In this document: piece by piece, positions 17,822-26,229 of the stretch | Position numbering within the stretch: position 1 is the stretch's first letter | Layout: the number at the start of each line of letters is the position of its first letter | DNA from: Planctomycetota bacterium | GTDB taxonomy: Bacteria; Planctomycetota; UBA11346 | Assembly: GCA_038213805.1 (NCBI GenBank) | Contig: JBBQSO010000069.1 | Location: forward strand, 1 to 28,076 | Length of the DNA: 28,076 nt | Direction of reading: 5' to 3' | Made by a program: the position numbers and the translations under genes | Notes under the pieces: model-generated | What the model saw: the letters and a program-made list of their open reading frames with translations, nothing else | What the model was told of the DNA's origin: nothing | Databases searched by the model: none

Positions 17822-17848
17822 GCATCGGCAGCAACGGCCCCGACTTGA
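17822..17848 (-). promoter_or_regulatory. Sigma28-type promoter for flaG-fliD-(fliS)
   Basis: Minus strand reads TCAAG-N14-GCCGATGC, about 60 nt upstream of the flaG ATG. Confidence 0.75.
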
Positions 17849-17958
17849 GCCCCGGCCGTGGGGACGTGTGGAAGGTTGGCAGCGCGCCCGCCATCTGCCT
17901 TATTCACCTCTCCAGGGCTGGTCCGCCGCAACCTTCCACACGCCACCGCTCCTGGCGC

Positions 17959-17985
17959 TCAAGTGGCGGCGGATCGTGCCGTCAC
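17959..17985 (+). promoter_or_regulatory. Sigma28-type promoter for fliC
   Basis: TCAAG-N14-GCCGTCAC. Same CTCAAGT -35 context and spacing as the other two sites, with a weaker -10. Confidence 0.6.
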
Positions 17986-18020
17986 TGAAGATCAGGACGC
18001 CATGCCGGCGATCCTACCAG

Positions 18021-18067
18021 GTGGCAAGGAAGCCGCACTCAACACCAGGATCACCCACGGAGGATCC
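18021..18067 (+). promoter_or_regulatory. Putative CsrA/RsmA-binding hairpins in the fliC 5' UTR
   Basis: GTGGC-[AAGGAA]-GCCGC stem-loop (18021-18036) and GGATC-[ACCCACGGAG]-GATCC (18048-18067), whose ACGGA overlaps the GGAGG Shine-Dalgarno. Confidence 0.5.
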
Positions 18068-18068
18068 C

Positions 18069-19628
18069 ATGTCCCTTCGCATCAATCACAACATCACCGC
18101 CCTCGATGGTCACCGCAACATGGTGAACAACGACGCCATGGTGAGCCGATCCATCCAGCGCCTGTCCAGCGGCCTGCGCATCAACCGCGCCGCTGACGAC
18201 GCCGCCGGCCTCGTCATCTCGGAGCAGATGCGCGCCCAGATCGGCGGCCTCAACCAGGCCATCGCCAACAGCGAGCAGGCCGTCACCATGGTGCAGACCG
18301 CGGAAGGTGCCCTCGACGAGGTCAACAGCCTGCTCAGCAAGGGCCGTTCGCTCGCCGTGCACGCTGCCAACAGCGGCGTCAACGACACCAACCAGCTCAT
18401 CGCCGACCAGTCCGAACTCGACAACATCGTCGACTCGGTCAACCGCATCTCGGAAAACACCCAGTTCGGCACCAAGAAGATCCTCGACGGTTCGCTGTCC
18501 AACGCGACCGCGAACAACTCGGCGATCTCCTCGGTCAGCCTCGGTGGCGACTACACCAAGCTGCTGACCTCGAACACCGCGGTGCGCGGCTACCACACCC
18601 TGCAGATCACCCAGCAGGCCACCCAGGCCACGGACAAGCTGTCGATGGCAGCCATCGACGTCTTCACCGCCGGCAGCCTGGCCGCGGCCTCTGGCAGCCA
18701 GCTGGTCAAGAAGTCGTTCACCCTGTCGGTCAACGGCGCGCTGATCAACGTCGCCAGCGGCACGACCAAGAACCAGTTCGTGCAGCTGCTCAACGCGGTC
18801 GGCTCGAAGGTCGGCTTCACCGCCGCCACCACCGGCAACGCCCTGGGCGCCTCTGGCGACGTGCTCCTGACCGCCAAGGACTACGGCCGCTCGTTCACTT
18901 TCAACGTCCAGTTCGTCAGCGGCGCCAGCGGCGCGTCTGCCCTTGCACAGACCAGCGTGGTCGGTACCGATGCGAAGGCGACCCTGTTCCTCTACACCGG
19001 CACCAACCTGGTCGGCGGCACGGCCGGCACGGGCTCGGCCACGACGATCGCCTTCGCGGCCACCGGCGGCGCCTCCTTCCCCGGTGGCATCGGCCTGACC
19101 ATGGTGTCCTCGGGCGGCAGCACGATCGTGCTCTCGACCAACGTCGGCACCGGCTCGGCTGCGAGCGGCTTCATCTTCGGCGCCATCGACGGCACCCACT
19201 CGGGCGCGGTCTTCCAGGTCGGCGCCAACGTCAACCAGACCGCCACCGTGCAGCTGCAGTCGACCAATGCGTCGCAGCTCGGCGTCGGCGGCTCGGGCTC
19301 CTTCTCGAGCCTGGCCCAGGTCAAGGGCAGCTCGCTGATCTCCGGCCAGGCCAACGAGGTGCTCAAGGTCATCGACAAGGCCATCGACGACATCACCAAC
19401 CTGCGCGGTAAGCTCGGCTCCTTCCAGGCCAACACCCTGGAAACCGGTCTGAACAGCCTGCGCGTCACGCAGGAGAACCTGACCGCGGCCGAGTCGACCA
19501 TCCGCGACGTCGACTTCGCCCAGGAGTCGTCGAACTTCACCCGGAACAACATCCTGGTGCAGTCCTCGACGGCCATGCTCGCGCAGGCCAACCAGCTGCC
19601 CCAGCAGGTCCTCAAGCTGCTCGCCTGA
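18069..19628 (+). CDS. fliC: Flagellin
   Basis: MSLRINHNI, RLSSGLRINRAADDAAGL.ISE.MR.QI.GL.QA, QTAEGAL.EV, FQVGAN, ENL.AAES.IRDVDFA.E, AMLAQANQ.PQ.VL.LL. GGAGG RBS. 519 aa. Confidence 0.98.
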   Translation: MSLRINHNITALDGHRNMVNNDAMVSRSIQRLSSGLRINRAADDAAGLVISEQMRAQIGGLNQAIANSEQAVTMVQTAEGALDEVNSLLSKGRSLAVHAANSGVNDTNQLIADQSELDNIVDSVNRISENTQFGTKKILDGSLSNATANNSAISSVSLGGDYTKLLTSNTAVRGYHTLQITQQATQATDKLSMAAIDVFTAGSLAAASGSQLVKKSFTLSVNGALINVASGTTKNQFVQLLNAVGSKVGFTAATTGNALGASGDVLLTAKDYGRSFTFNVQFVSGASGASALAQTSVVGTDAKATLFLYTGTNLVGGTAGTGSATTIAFAATGGASFPGGIGLTMVSSGGSTIVLSTNVGTGSAASGFIFGAIDGTHSGAVFQVGANVNQTATVQLQSTNASQLGVGGSGSFSSLAQVKGSSLISGQANEVLKVIDKAIDDITNLRGKLGSFQANTLETGLNSLRVTQENLTAAESTIRDVDFAQESSNFTRNNILVQSSTAMLAQANQLPQQVLKLLA

Positions 19629-19648
19629 ACGCTGCGCTTCCTGATATC

Positions 19649-19688
19649 ACGAACCCTCCGGCGCCTGGCGCCGGAGGGTTCGTTTTTT
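19649..19688 (+). terminator. Rho-independent terminator of fliC
   Basis: 17-nt perfect inverted repeat ACGAACCCTCCGGCGCC-T-GGCGCCGGAGGGTTCGT followed by a T run. Confidence 0.92.
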
Positions 19689-19794
19689 GAGGTCGGAAGG
19701 CCACCCGGGTGGCATGGACATTCCCCGCCGCCTCCCGCCGTCCGCTCCTCGGCCCTCACCCTGCCCGATTGGCACACCCCAAGCGTTCCCGCCC

Positions 19795-19824
19795 TTGGCC
19801 CGCCGCGTTGATTCGGGGTATGAT
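19795..19824 (+). promoter_or_regulatory. Possible sigma70-type promoter for maf
   Basis: TTGGCC-N18-TATGAT after the fliC terminator, about 30 nt before the maf ATG. Confidence 0.4.
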
Positions 19825-19856
19825 CCCCAGGCAGCGCCCCCCGTCAGGATGACCGC

Positions 19857-21665
19857 ATGGCCCAGCACGCCACCCTCTCCGCACCCCTCTCGGCCACAAC
19901 CTATGCCGCCCAGCGCGCGCAGCTGATCGGCACCATGCCGCACCTCGCCGCGCTGCTACCGGCGGAACCGCCGTGCGCCCCGGCGGTCCGCGTCATGGAG
20001 CGCCGCGAGCTGCGCGCCCTGCTGATGCCCGCCGCCAACACCCACGCCGAGCTGGTCATGGTCATGGGCTGGGGCGACGGCAGCGTGCCGCTGGCCCTGC
20101 TCGGCGACGCGGTGTGCCGGCAGAAGCGGCTGCACGTGCTGCTCTTCGCCGGAGAGGAGCAGGCCTTCGCCGCGACATTCGCGCGGCCGGTGTTGGAGCT
20201 CCTCAGCGGCAGCCAGCTGACGGTCTCGGTGATCGAGGACGAGCAGGGCATCGCCGACATGGTCATCGGCTGCTACCCGCACCACCACCACATCCCGCCG
20301 CTCGCGGGCTGCGACTTCATCGACGCCCATCCGCTCACTGCGCCCGCCGCGGCCTTCCGCGCCCAGCACCTGGCGCGCATCAACGAGCTGCTCGCCGACC
20401 GCACGCAGGCCTACGGCAACGACATCATCGACAGCTTCACCGGCCTGATCCAGGCGTCGCGCAATGCGCGCCAGCTGCTGCCCGCGCCGACCATCGGCGA
20501 GCTCGCCGGGCGCTTCGGCGACATCCCGGTGATCTCGATCGCCGCCGGCCCGTCGGTCAAGCGGCGCCTGGACCAGCTGCGCGCCCTGCAGGATCGCTGC
20601 ATCCTGATCGCGTGCGACGCCGCCCTGCACGGCCTGCTCGACCAGGGCATCGACCCGCACTTCGTCACCCCGCTCGAACGCCTCGGCAACCTCGCGATGT
20701 TCACTCGCGCCGGCGAAAGCCGCGCCATCTACGCCGGGCTGCCGGTGGTGCACCCGGACGTGGTCGGCCGCTTCTCCGCCGAGCGCACGGTCGGCGTGTA
20801 CTGCGGCGACGCGCTCTACCCGTGGCTGGTCCCCGACCCGGGCCGGCGCATCAACGCCGGCCAATCCACCGGCGTGCTTTCGGTGACGGTCGGCGCGGCG
20901 CTGACCACCGGGCCGCTGTTCCTGGTCGGCCACGACCTTGCGCGTGGCGAAAACGGCAGCCATTGGGAGGGCGCCGGCACCGCCGGCGACGCCTGGAAGG
21001 AGGCCAAGCAGCGCAGCGAGAGCGCCAAGATGACCGGTTTCTACACCGACCGCCTGATCCCCGGCAACGGCGACGAGGCGGTGCGCTCGACGATGTGCTG
21101 GGACCACTTCCGCACGGAGATCGCCTACGAGGCGCAGCTGCTCAAGGCCCAGGGCCGCACGGTCTACAACGTCAACGCCCACGACCGCATCTTCGCGCGC
21201 ATCGACCACACCGCGGCCGCGCCGCTGCCCGATCCCGCCAGTCTGCCGAAGCTGCCGACGCTGACCCTGCCGGCGCGCGAGCCGGCGCGCTTCGCGCAGT
21301 GGAGCGCGCGCGCGAGCCGCCTGCCCGAGGACGGCCACGCCTTCCGCCGCCACCTCGCCGGCCTGCGCGCCGACCTGGGCGTGGCGCTGAAGGGCGTGCC
21401 TACGCACGCGGCGGCTGCCGGCTTCGCCGCGCGCCTCGACCTGTGCGCAGAGATCTCCGAGGGCAATCGCGGAGCCTTCGCCTACTTCCTGCGCTCGGCA
21501 CTGCACAACAGCACCGCCGAGATGCACAACCGCCGCCGCACCGCCTCGTCAGCGCGCAGCGCCTACGCCATGGTCGAGACCATGGACCACCTCTGCCACG
21601 GTCTGGCCAACGCCATGGACCGCCTGCAGGAAGGCCTCGAGGAGATCGCCCGTGACTGCACCTGA
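19857..21665 (+). CDS. maf: Motility-associated factor (Maf, DUF115/MptE-like) flagellin glycosyltransferase
   Basis: N...L, I.I.AGPS, LIACDAAL..L...GI.PHFV..LE, G.S.G, LVGHDLA, YNVN and a helical C-terminus. Located directly after flagellin and facing a Pse operon. Confidence 0.85.
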   Translation: MAQHATLSAPLSATTYAAQRAQLIGTMPHLAALLPAEPPCAPAVRVMERRELRALLMPAANTHAELVMVMGWGDGSVPLALLGDAVCRQKRLHVLLFAGEEQAFAATFARPVLELLSGSQLTVSVIEDEQGIADMVIGCYPHHHHIPPLAGCDFIDAHPLTAPAAAFRAQHLARINELLADRTQAYGNDIIDSFTGLIQASRNARQLLPAPTIGELAGRFGDIPVISIAAGPSVKRRLDQLRALQDRCILIACDAALHGLLDQGIDPHFVTPLERLGNLAMFTRAGESRAIYAGLPVVHPDVVGRFSAERTVGVYCGDALYPWLVPDPGRRINAGQSTGVLSVTVGAALTTGPLFLVGHDLARGENGSHWEGAGTAGDAWKEAKQRSESAKMTGFYTDRLIPGNGDEAVRSTMCWDHFRTEIAYEAQLLKAQGRTVYNVNAHDRIFARIDHTAAAPLPDPASLPKLPTLTLPAREPARFAQWSARASRLPEDGHAFRRHLAGLRADLGVALKGVPTHAAAAGFAARLDLCAEISEGNRGAFAYFLRSALHNSTAEMHNRRRTASSARSAYAMVETMDHLCHGLANAMDRLQEGLEEIARDCT

Positions 21666-22791
21666 CCTGGCCCCCAACGCCCTCGCCGAACCGCTGCGCG
21701 CGCTGAGCGTGTGGGCCAGCGGGCACTGCGGCTACGGCCACCACGTGCGCACCGAGGTGATGCGCGGCGCGCTGTCCGCGATCCTGCGCCGCCTGGTGTA
21801 CTTCGGCCTGGAGGACGGCTTCACCCGCTACCACAGCCGCGAGCTGCTGATGTACCTGGGCCTGGCCACCGGCACCTTCAGCAGCTACCTGGCGCGCATA
21901 GTCCTGGCCCGCGCCATCGTCGAGGACGAGCGCGAGGTCATTGGCGCCTTCGCCAGCAGCCACGCCGCCGACGACCTGCTCGCGTGGTTCGCCGCCTACG
22001 ACCATGCCGACGCCGAGCGCGCCGGCGCCCTGCTCGCCGGACTCGTCGAGCCCGAGGAGCGCGCCACCGCGCGCCTGGTGGTGGCGCGCCGCCAGCCCCA
22101 GCTCGCCGAGGCACAGTGGCTGTGGCAGGTTCCGGCCGAGGTCCCGCAGGTGGCCATCGCCCTGTGCGCGCAGTTCCTGACGCGGCGCCCCGACCTGGTG
22201 CACGCCGTGCATGCCTGGCTGATCGAACACCGCACCGCGCTGTTCTGCATCGAACCCGACGACCTGCTCGCGCCCTTGGTCATGGCCAGCGCCGAGCACC
22301 CCCAGGTGACGCTGCTGCCCTTCGCCGACATGTACGGCGAGCAGACGGTGTGCGCCTCCGCCGAGTGGCATCTCGAACACCACGAACCCGCCGCCGCCCT
22401 GGAACTCGCCGGGCGCGTGCGCCCGCTCAGCCGCCACGCCGACCACGCGCACGTCATTCGCGGCCTGGCCCTGATTGCCCTGCAGCGCAGTGAGGACGCG
22501 GTCGAGGCGCTTGCCGCCATCGACGACGCCGATTGCGCCGACCTGCTCGCGGTGGCCCTCGCCGCGGTCGCCCCCGCGCGCATCGACGACGACGCCGTGG
22601 CCGCCATCGCCGGCCGCTGCCGCGCCGACCAGCCCGAACGCTTCGTCGCCTGCCTGAAGGTGCTGCTCGGCCGCCGCGAGCTGGCCATCGCGCGCCGCCT
22701 CGCCGCCCAGCGCCAGGGCGATTTCGCGCACCCGCACGCCCAAGCGGTGATCACCGCGATCCTGGCGCCCGGCGCGGCGATGAGCGCGTAG
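21652..22791 (+). CDS. Hypothetical alpha-helical protein with a TPR-like C-terminal half
   Basis: GAGGAG RBS 7 nt before the GTG. 14-nt overlap with maf. GC-rich third codon positions. TPR-like segment AALELAGRV......AHVIRGLALIALQRSEDAVEAL. Confidence 0.7.
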   Translation: MTAPDLAPNALAEPLRALSVWASGHCGYGHHVRTEVMRGALSAILRRLVYFGLEDGFTRYHSRELLMYLGLATGTFSSYLARIVLARAIVEDEREVIGAFASSHAADDLLAWFAAYDHADAERAGALLAGLVEPEERATARLVVARRQPQLAEAQWLWQVPAEVPQVAIALCAQFLTRRPDLVHAVHAWLIEHRTALFCIEPDDLLAPLVMASAEHPQVTLLPFADMYGEQTVCASAEWHLEHHEPAAALELAGRVRPLSRHADHAHVIRGLALIALQRSEDAVEALAAIDDADCADLLAVALAAVAPARIDDDAVAAIAGRCRADQPERFVACLKVLLGRRELAIARRLAAQRQGDFAHPHAQAVITAILAPGAAMSA

Positions 22792-22975
22792 GGGAGGGTC
22801 CGAAAGTTCGGAAGTCCTGGGACACCTGCGCGCCTCACCGGCACCGGGAATTCCACCATCATGCAATCGCCCTGCTGATGGCAGGCGTGCCGCCCCGCGG
22901 CGCGGAACACGTTGCCCGGAAGCTCCCGCGCACCTCGGAGATCGCCGACTTCAGGACCTCCGGATCTCTCCCCTA
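22789..22975. mobile_element. MITE-like element: 187 bp with ~29-bp imperfect terminal inverted repeats, flanked by TA
   Basis: Left end TAGGGGAG-GGTCCGAAAGTTCGGAAGTC versus reverse complement of the right end TAGGGGAGAGATCCGGAGGTCCTGAAGTC: 23 of 29 identical, first 8 perfect. No transposase in the window. Confidence 0.45.
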
Positions 22976-24049
22976 GCCCAGCTGATCCCACGAGAACGGC
23001 GTGCCGCGCGCGATCGCGATCGCGGTGCGGCGGCCGAGCAGGCGCGGCAGCTCGGCAGGCGGCAATCCGTGGCCGGGACGGATGCAGCGCACATCAGCGG
23101 CGGCGATGCGGTGGCCGGCGGGCAGGTCGCGCGCGCAGAACAGCGACTTGCGGAACTGCACGCTGCCCGCGTCCGCCGTACCGGGGCCGAACACCGCGCC
23201 GCCGGCGAGTGCAGCCTCGGCGTCGCGCACCGCGCGCACCATGGCGGCGAATTCCTGCGGTTCGAGACTGAAGCCGCTGTCCGGGCCGCCGTCGGCGCGG
23301 CGCAGGCACAGGTGCTTCTCGATCAGGCAGCCGCCCAGCGCGGTCGCGGCGATCGCCGCGGTGGCGTCGAGGGTGTGGTCGGACAGCCCGGCCTGGCAGG
23401 CGAAGGCCGCGGCCAGCGCCGGGATGTTGCGCAGATGCATGTCCCCCGGGCGCGCCGGATAGGCGGACACGCAGGTGAGCAGCGCGAGCGCGCCGGCGCC
23501 GCCGTGGCGCAGCGTCTGCACGGCGGCGGCGATCTCGGGCAGGCTGGCCATGCCGGTCGACATCACCACCGGCTTGTGCGTCGCTGCGATGCGTGCGATC
23601 AGCGGCAGGTCGACGACCTCGAAAGAGGCGACCTTGTAGAGCGGACAGCCGAGCTCCTCGAGAAAATCGACGCTGGTCGGATCGAACGGCGTCGAGAAGC
23701 AGCCCAGGCCAAGGCGCCGCGCCGCCGCGAACAGCTCCGCGTGCCAATCCCAGGGCGTGGCGGCCTCCTGGTAGAGCTCGTGCAGGCGGCGCCCGTCCCA
23801 CGGGCCGCCGCGGATGGCGAACCACTCCCCGGGCGCGTCCATGGTGATGGTGTCGGCGGTGTAGGTCTGCAGCTTCACGGCGTCGGCGCCGGCGTCCTTG
23901 GCCGCGGCGACCAGGTCGAGCGCGCGCGCCAGGCTGCCGTTGTGGTTGCCGGAGAGCTCGGCGACGATGTACGACGGAGCGCCCGCGCCGATGCGGCGGG
24001 GCGGATCGCCGGGCATGATCAGCGGGGCGATGGGTTCCGTGGTGCTCAC
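22973..24049 (-). CDS. pseI: Pseudaminic acid synthase (NeuB family, with C-terminal SAF/AFP-like domain)
   Basis: IVAELSGNHNGSL.RA, GADAVKLQTYTADTIT, TPWDWH, FSTPFD, YKVASFE, MSTGMA, GLSDHT, IEKH, DSGFSLEP, FRKSL and IRPG.GL.P. Confidence 0.93.
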   Translation of the reverse strand: MSTTEPIAPLIMPGDPPRRIGAGAPSYIVAELSGNHNGSLARALDLVAAAKDAGADAVKLQTYTADTITMDAPGEWFAIRGGPWDGRRLHELYQEAATPWDWHAELFAAARRLGLGCFSTPFDPTSVDFLEELGCPLYKVASFEVVDLPLIARIAATHKPVVMSTGMASLPEIAAAVQTLRHGGAGALALLTCVSAYPARPGDMHLRNIPALAAAFACQAGLSDHTLDATAAIAATALGGCLIEKHLCLRRADGGPDSGFSLEPQEFAAMVRAVRDAEAALAGGAVFGPGTADAGSVQFRKSLFCARDLPAGHRIAAADVRCIRPGHGLPPAELPRLLGRRTAIAIARGTPFSWDQLG

Positions 24050-25491
24050 GGCTGCTCCAGAAGGAAGCGGGTGGCGGGCCGACCGGCCTGCGCGGCGCGG
24101 CCGTCGACACGGTAGCCGGCGGCGGCGAACAGCGCCAGCGATGCAGCGTTGTCATCGCGCACCCAGGCGACCAGGCGCGGTGTAAAGGTCGCGGCGCGGT
24201 TCCAGGCGGCGAGCGCGGCGAGCATGCGCCCGCCCCAGCCGTGGCCGCGGCATGACGGCGCGACGGTGATCGAGACCGTGCCCACGCCGTCCGCGCGCGC
24301 CAGGCGCAGGGTGCCGACCGGTCCGCCGCCGGCGGGATCCTCGACCAGCCACAGGCGGGTCTCGGGATCGGCGAGACGGCCGGCGAGCCAGGCGCGGTGG
24401 CCGGGCTCGGCGATGGCCGCGCTCGCGAAGCTCGCGGCGCGCGTCTCGGGATCGTTGGCCCAGGCGAGCAGCGTGTCGGCATCGTCCCAGCGCGCGGCAC
24501 GCAGCCGCGCCTGCGGGTCCGGAGCGATGCCGAGTTCGAGCAGACGCTGCGCCACGCGCGCCGCACCCTGGCCATCGACCACTAGGCGCGAGCCGGCGAC
24601 GGCCGCGGCGGTGATGCCGGCCGCCCACTCCGCGGGTCGCTGCGCAGCGAGCACCGGCACACCGCTGCCGGCGAGCGCGGCGACCATGCGCCGCTGGTTG
24701 CCGGCGGTGGGCAGCACCGCGACCGGCAGACCGCAGGCGGCCGCCTCGAAGACCACCGAACTGGGCGTGAGCACCCCAGCGCGGCAGCGCCGCATCAGCC
24801 CGACGACCTCGTCCGCACCCAGACCTTGCCGCCAGGCGACCCGCGTCGGATGCGCCTGCACCAGCTCCGCCACGCGGTCGCCCGCGGCGCCGCCGCCAAG
24901 CGACGTGACGACCTCAAGATCGTGGCCGGCAGCGAGCAGCGCCTCGATCACGGCGGGCAGCAGCCCACTGGCGTCCGTGCCCCCGAGCATCACCAGGATG
25001 CGCGCACTGCGCGCCACCGGTGACCACGGGCCGACGAAGGCACGACGGAGCAGTGCGTTGGCCGGTCCGAGCGCCACCGCGGCCGTGGGGTAGTCCGCCG
25101 GCAGCACGCCCGGCGCGGCATTGGCGACCAGCGCCACCCCGGCCAGCCCGCGCCCGGCCTCATCGTCGATCAGCGCCACCGCCACGCCCGCCGCCGCGAG
25201 CGCGGCGGTGGTTGCGGCGCCCACCTCGTAGTGATCTATCGCGACCACCGCAGCCGCGCTGCGCGCCTGGGCCTCGCGCACCAGCGCGTCAGCGTCGAGC
25301 GTCGCGGGCAGCACCAGCGTGGCGAGGCCGCGCCACGCCCAGCCATGGGTCGAGCCAGGCAGGTCGCGGCAGGCCATCAGCACTGCAGAGCCGCGCGCCA
25401 CCAGCGCCTGGGCGAGGGCGGCGCAGCGCACCTGGTGCCCAGCGCCGATCGCGGTGGCGCCGTCGGCGACGATCAGCACGGGCGCGCTCAC
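24046..25491 (-). CDS. pseG: Fused PseG (UDP-sugar hydrolase, GT-B fold) and PseH (GNAT N-acetyltransferase)
   Basis: N-terminal ADG...IGAGHQVRC.ALA, DHY, IDD, LG....LLR..F, GGTD, E.AA.GLP, NQ, VDG.GA.RV. C-terminal (~24046-24520) W.ND..TR..S, H..W, RGHGWG acetyl-CoA motif and N.AS..LF...GY. Confidence 0.88.
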   Translation of the reverse strand: MSAPVLIVADGATAIGAGHQVRCAALAQALVARGSAVLMACRDLPGSTHGWAWRGLATLVLPATLDADALVREAQARSAAAVVAIDHYEVGAATTAALAAAGVAVALIDDEAGRGLAGVALVANAAPGVLPADYPTAAVALGPANALLRRAFVGPWSPVARSARILVMLGGTDASGLLPAVIEALLAAGHDLEVVTSLGGGAAGDRVAELVQAHPTRVAWRQGLGADEVVGLMRRCRAGVLTPSSVVFEAAACGLPVAVLPTAGNQRRMVAALAGSGVPVLAAQRPAEWAAGITAAAVAGSRLVVDGQGAARVAQRLLELGIAPDPQARLRAARWDDADTLLAWANDPETRAASFASAAIAEPGHRAWLAGRLADPETRLWLVEDPAGGGPVGTLRLARADGVGTVSITVAPSCRGHGWGGRMLAALAAWNRAATFTPRLVAWVRDDNAASLALFAAAGYRVDGRAAQAGRPATRFLLEQP

Positions 25492-26225
25492 GAGGTCTTC
25501 TGCGCGACGTGCCCGTTGATCGCGGCCCAGTCGGGGTGGCGGTCAAGGGCGGCGAGGACCGCGGCGCAGTCGAAATGCGGGTCCTTTACGTACAGTTCAT
25601 CGTAGATGTGCGCGGCGAAACGCAGGTCCTCCGGCGTGTCCACCGTCCAGCGCAGCGCCGACAGATCGCGTTCCTGGCGCACCGAGCGCAGGCGGAAGCG
25701 TTCCGGCTGACGGTAGAAGAACGGGGTGACGTGCTCGCGATCGTAGGCCGAATCCGCCTCGCGCTGCGCGATTTCGAGCGCGGCCCGGCTGAAGACTTCG
25801 ACGTCGAGGCCACGCGGCCAGCTGCGCTCGCGGGTGTTCGAGGCGTAGTCGCAGTCCGCGCTGTGGGCCTGGAAGTCCGCGACCACCAGCCCGAGCACCT
25901 CCGGAGAGAGCAGCGGGCAGTCGGCGGTGACGCGCACTACGCTGTCGCAGTCCGCGGCCTGCGCCGCCTGGTGGTAGCGCGCCAGGACATCATCGACCGG
26001 GCCGCGCACCACCGCCGCGCGGCCATCCGCGGCGACGCAGCGCGCCAGCGCGTCGTCGCCGGGCAGGGTAGTGGTGGCAAGGATGACGCGGTCAATGCCG
26101 GGCGCGCGCGCAGCGCGGGCGATGACGTGCAGGACCATGGGCACCCCAGCGAGCGGCATGAGCACCTTGCCCGGCAGCCGGGTGGAGCCCATGCGCGCCT
26201 GGATCACCACTGCAGTAGTGGGCAT
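25488..26225 (-). CDS. spsF: SpsF-family cytidylyltransferase (probable CMP-Pse synthetase, PseF-equivalent)
   Basis: IQARMGSTRLPGKVL, LATT, RG..DDVL.RY, VRVTADCP, P.GLDVEVF, REHVT and RWTVDT.ED. Confidence 0.85.
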   Translation of the reverse strand: MPTTAVVIQARMGSTRLPGKVLMPLAGVPMVLHVIARAARAPGIDRVILATTTLPGDDALARCVAADGRAAVVRGPVDDVLARYHQAAQAADCDSVVRVTADCPLLSPEVLGLVVADFQAHSADCDYASNTRERSWPRGLDVEVFSRAALEIAQREADSAYDREHVTPFFYRQPERFRLRSVRQERDLSALRWTVDTPEDLRFAAHIYDELYVKDPHFDCAAVLAALDRHPDWAAINGHVAQKTS

Positions 26226-26229
26226 GGTC

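Noticed and set aside
18022..18036. GG-N10-GC sigma54-like spacing in the fliC leader (similar at ~17878 and ~22878)
   Set aside because: It lacks the TGGCAC and TTGC cores. Such spacing occurs often by chance in GC-rich DNA.
17868..18068. 67-aa extension of flagellin
   Set aside because: It contains the promoter and leader. The canonical flagellin N-terminus with a GGAGG RBS starts at 18069.
18002..18196. Out-of-frame upstream ORF overlapping the fliC start, with AGGA 4 nt before its ATG
   Set aside because: The RBS spacing is short, the peptide looks like a shadow frame, and the AGGA is better explained as a CsrA-type motif. It cannot be supported without ribosome profiling.
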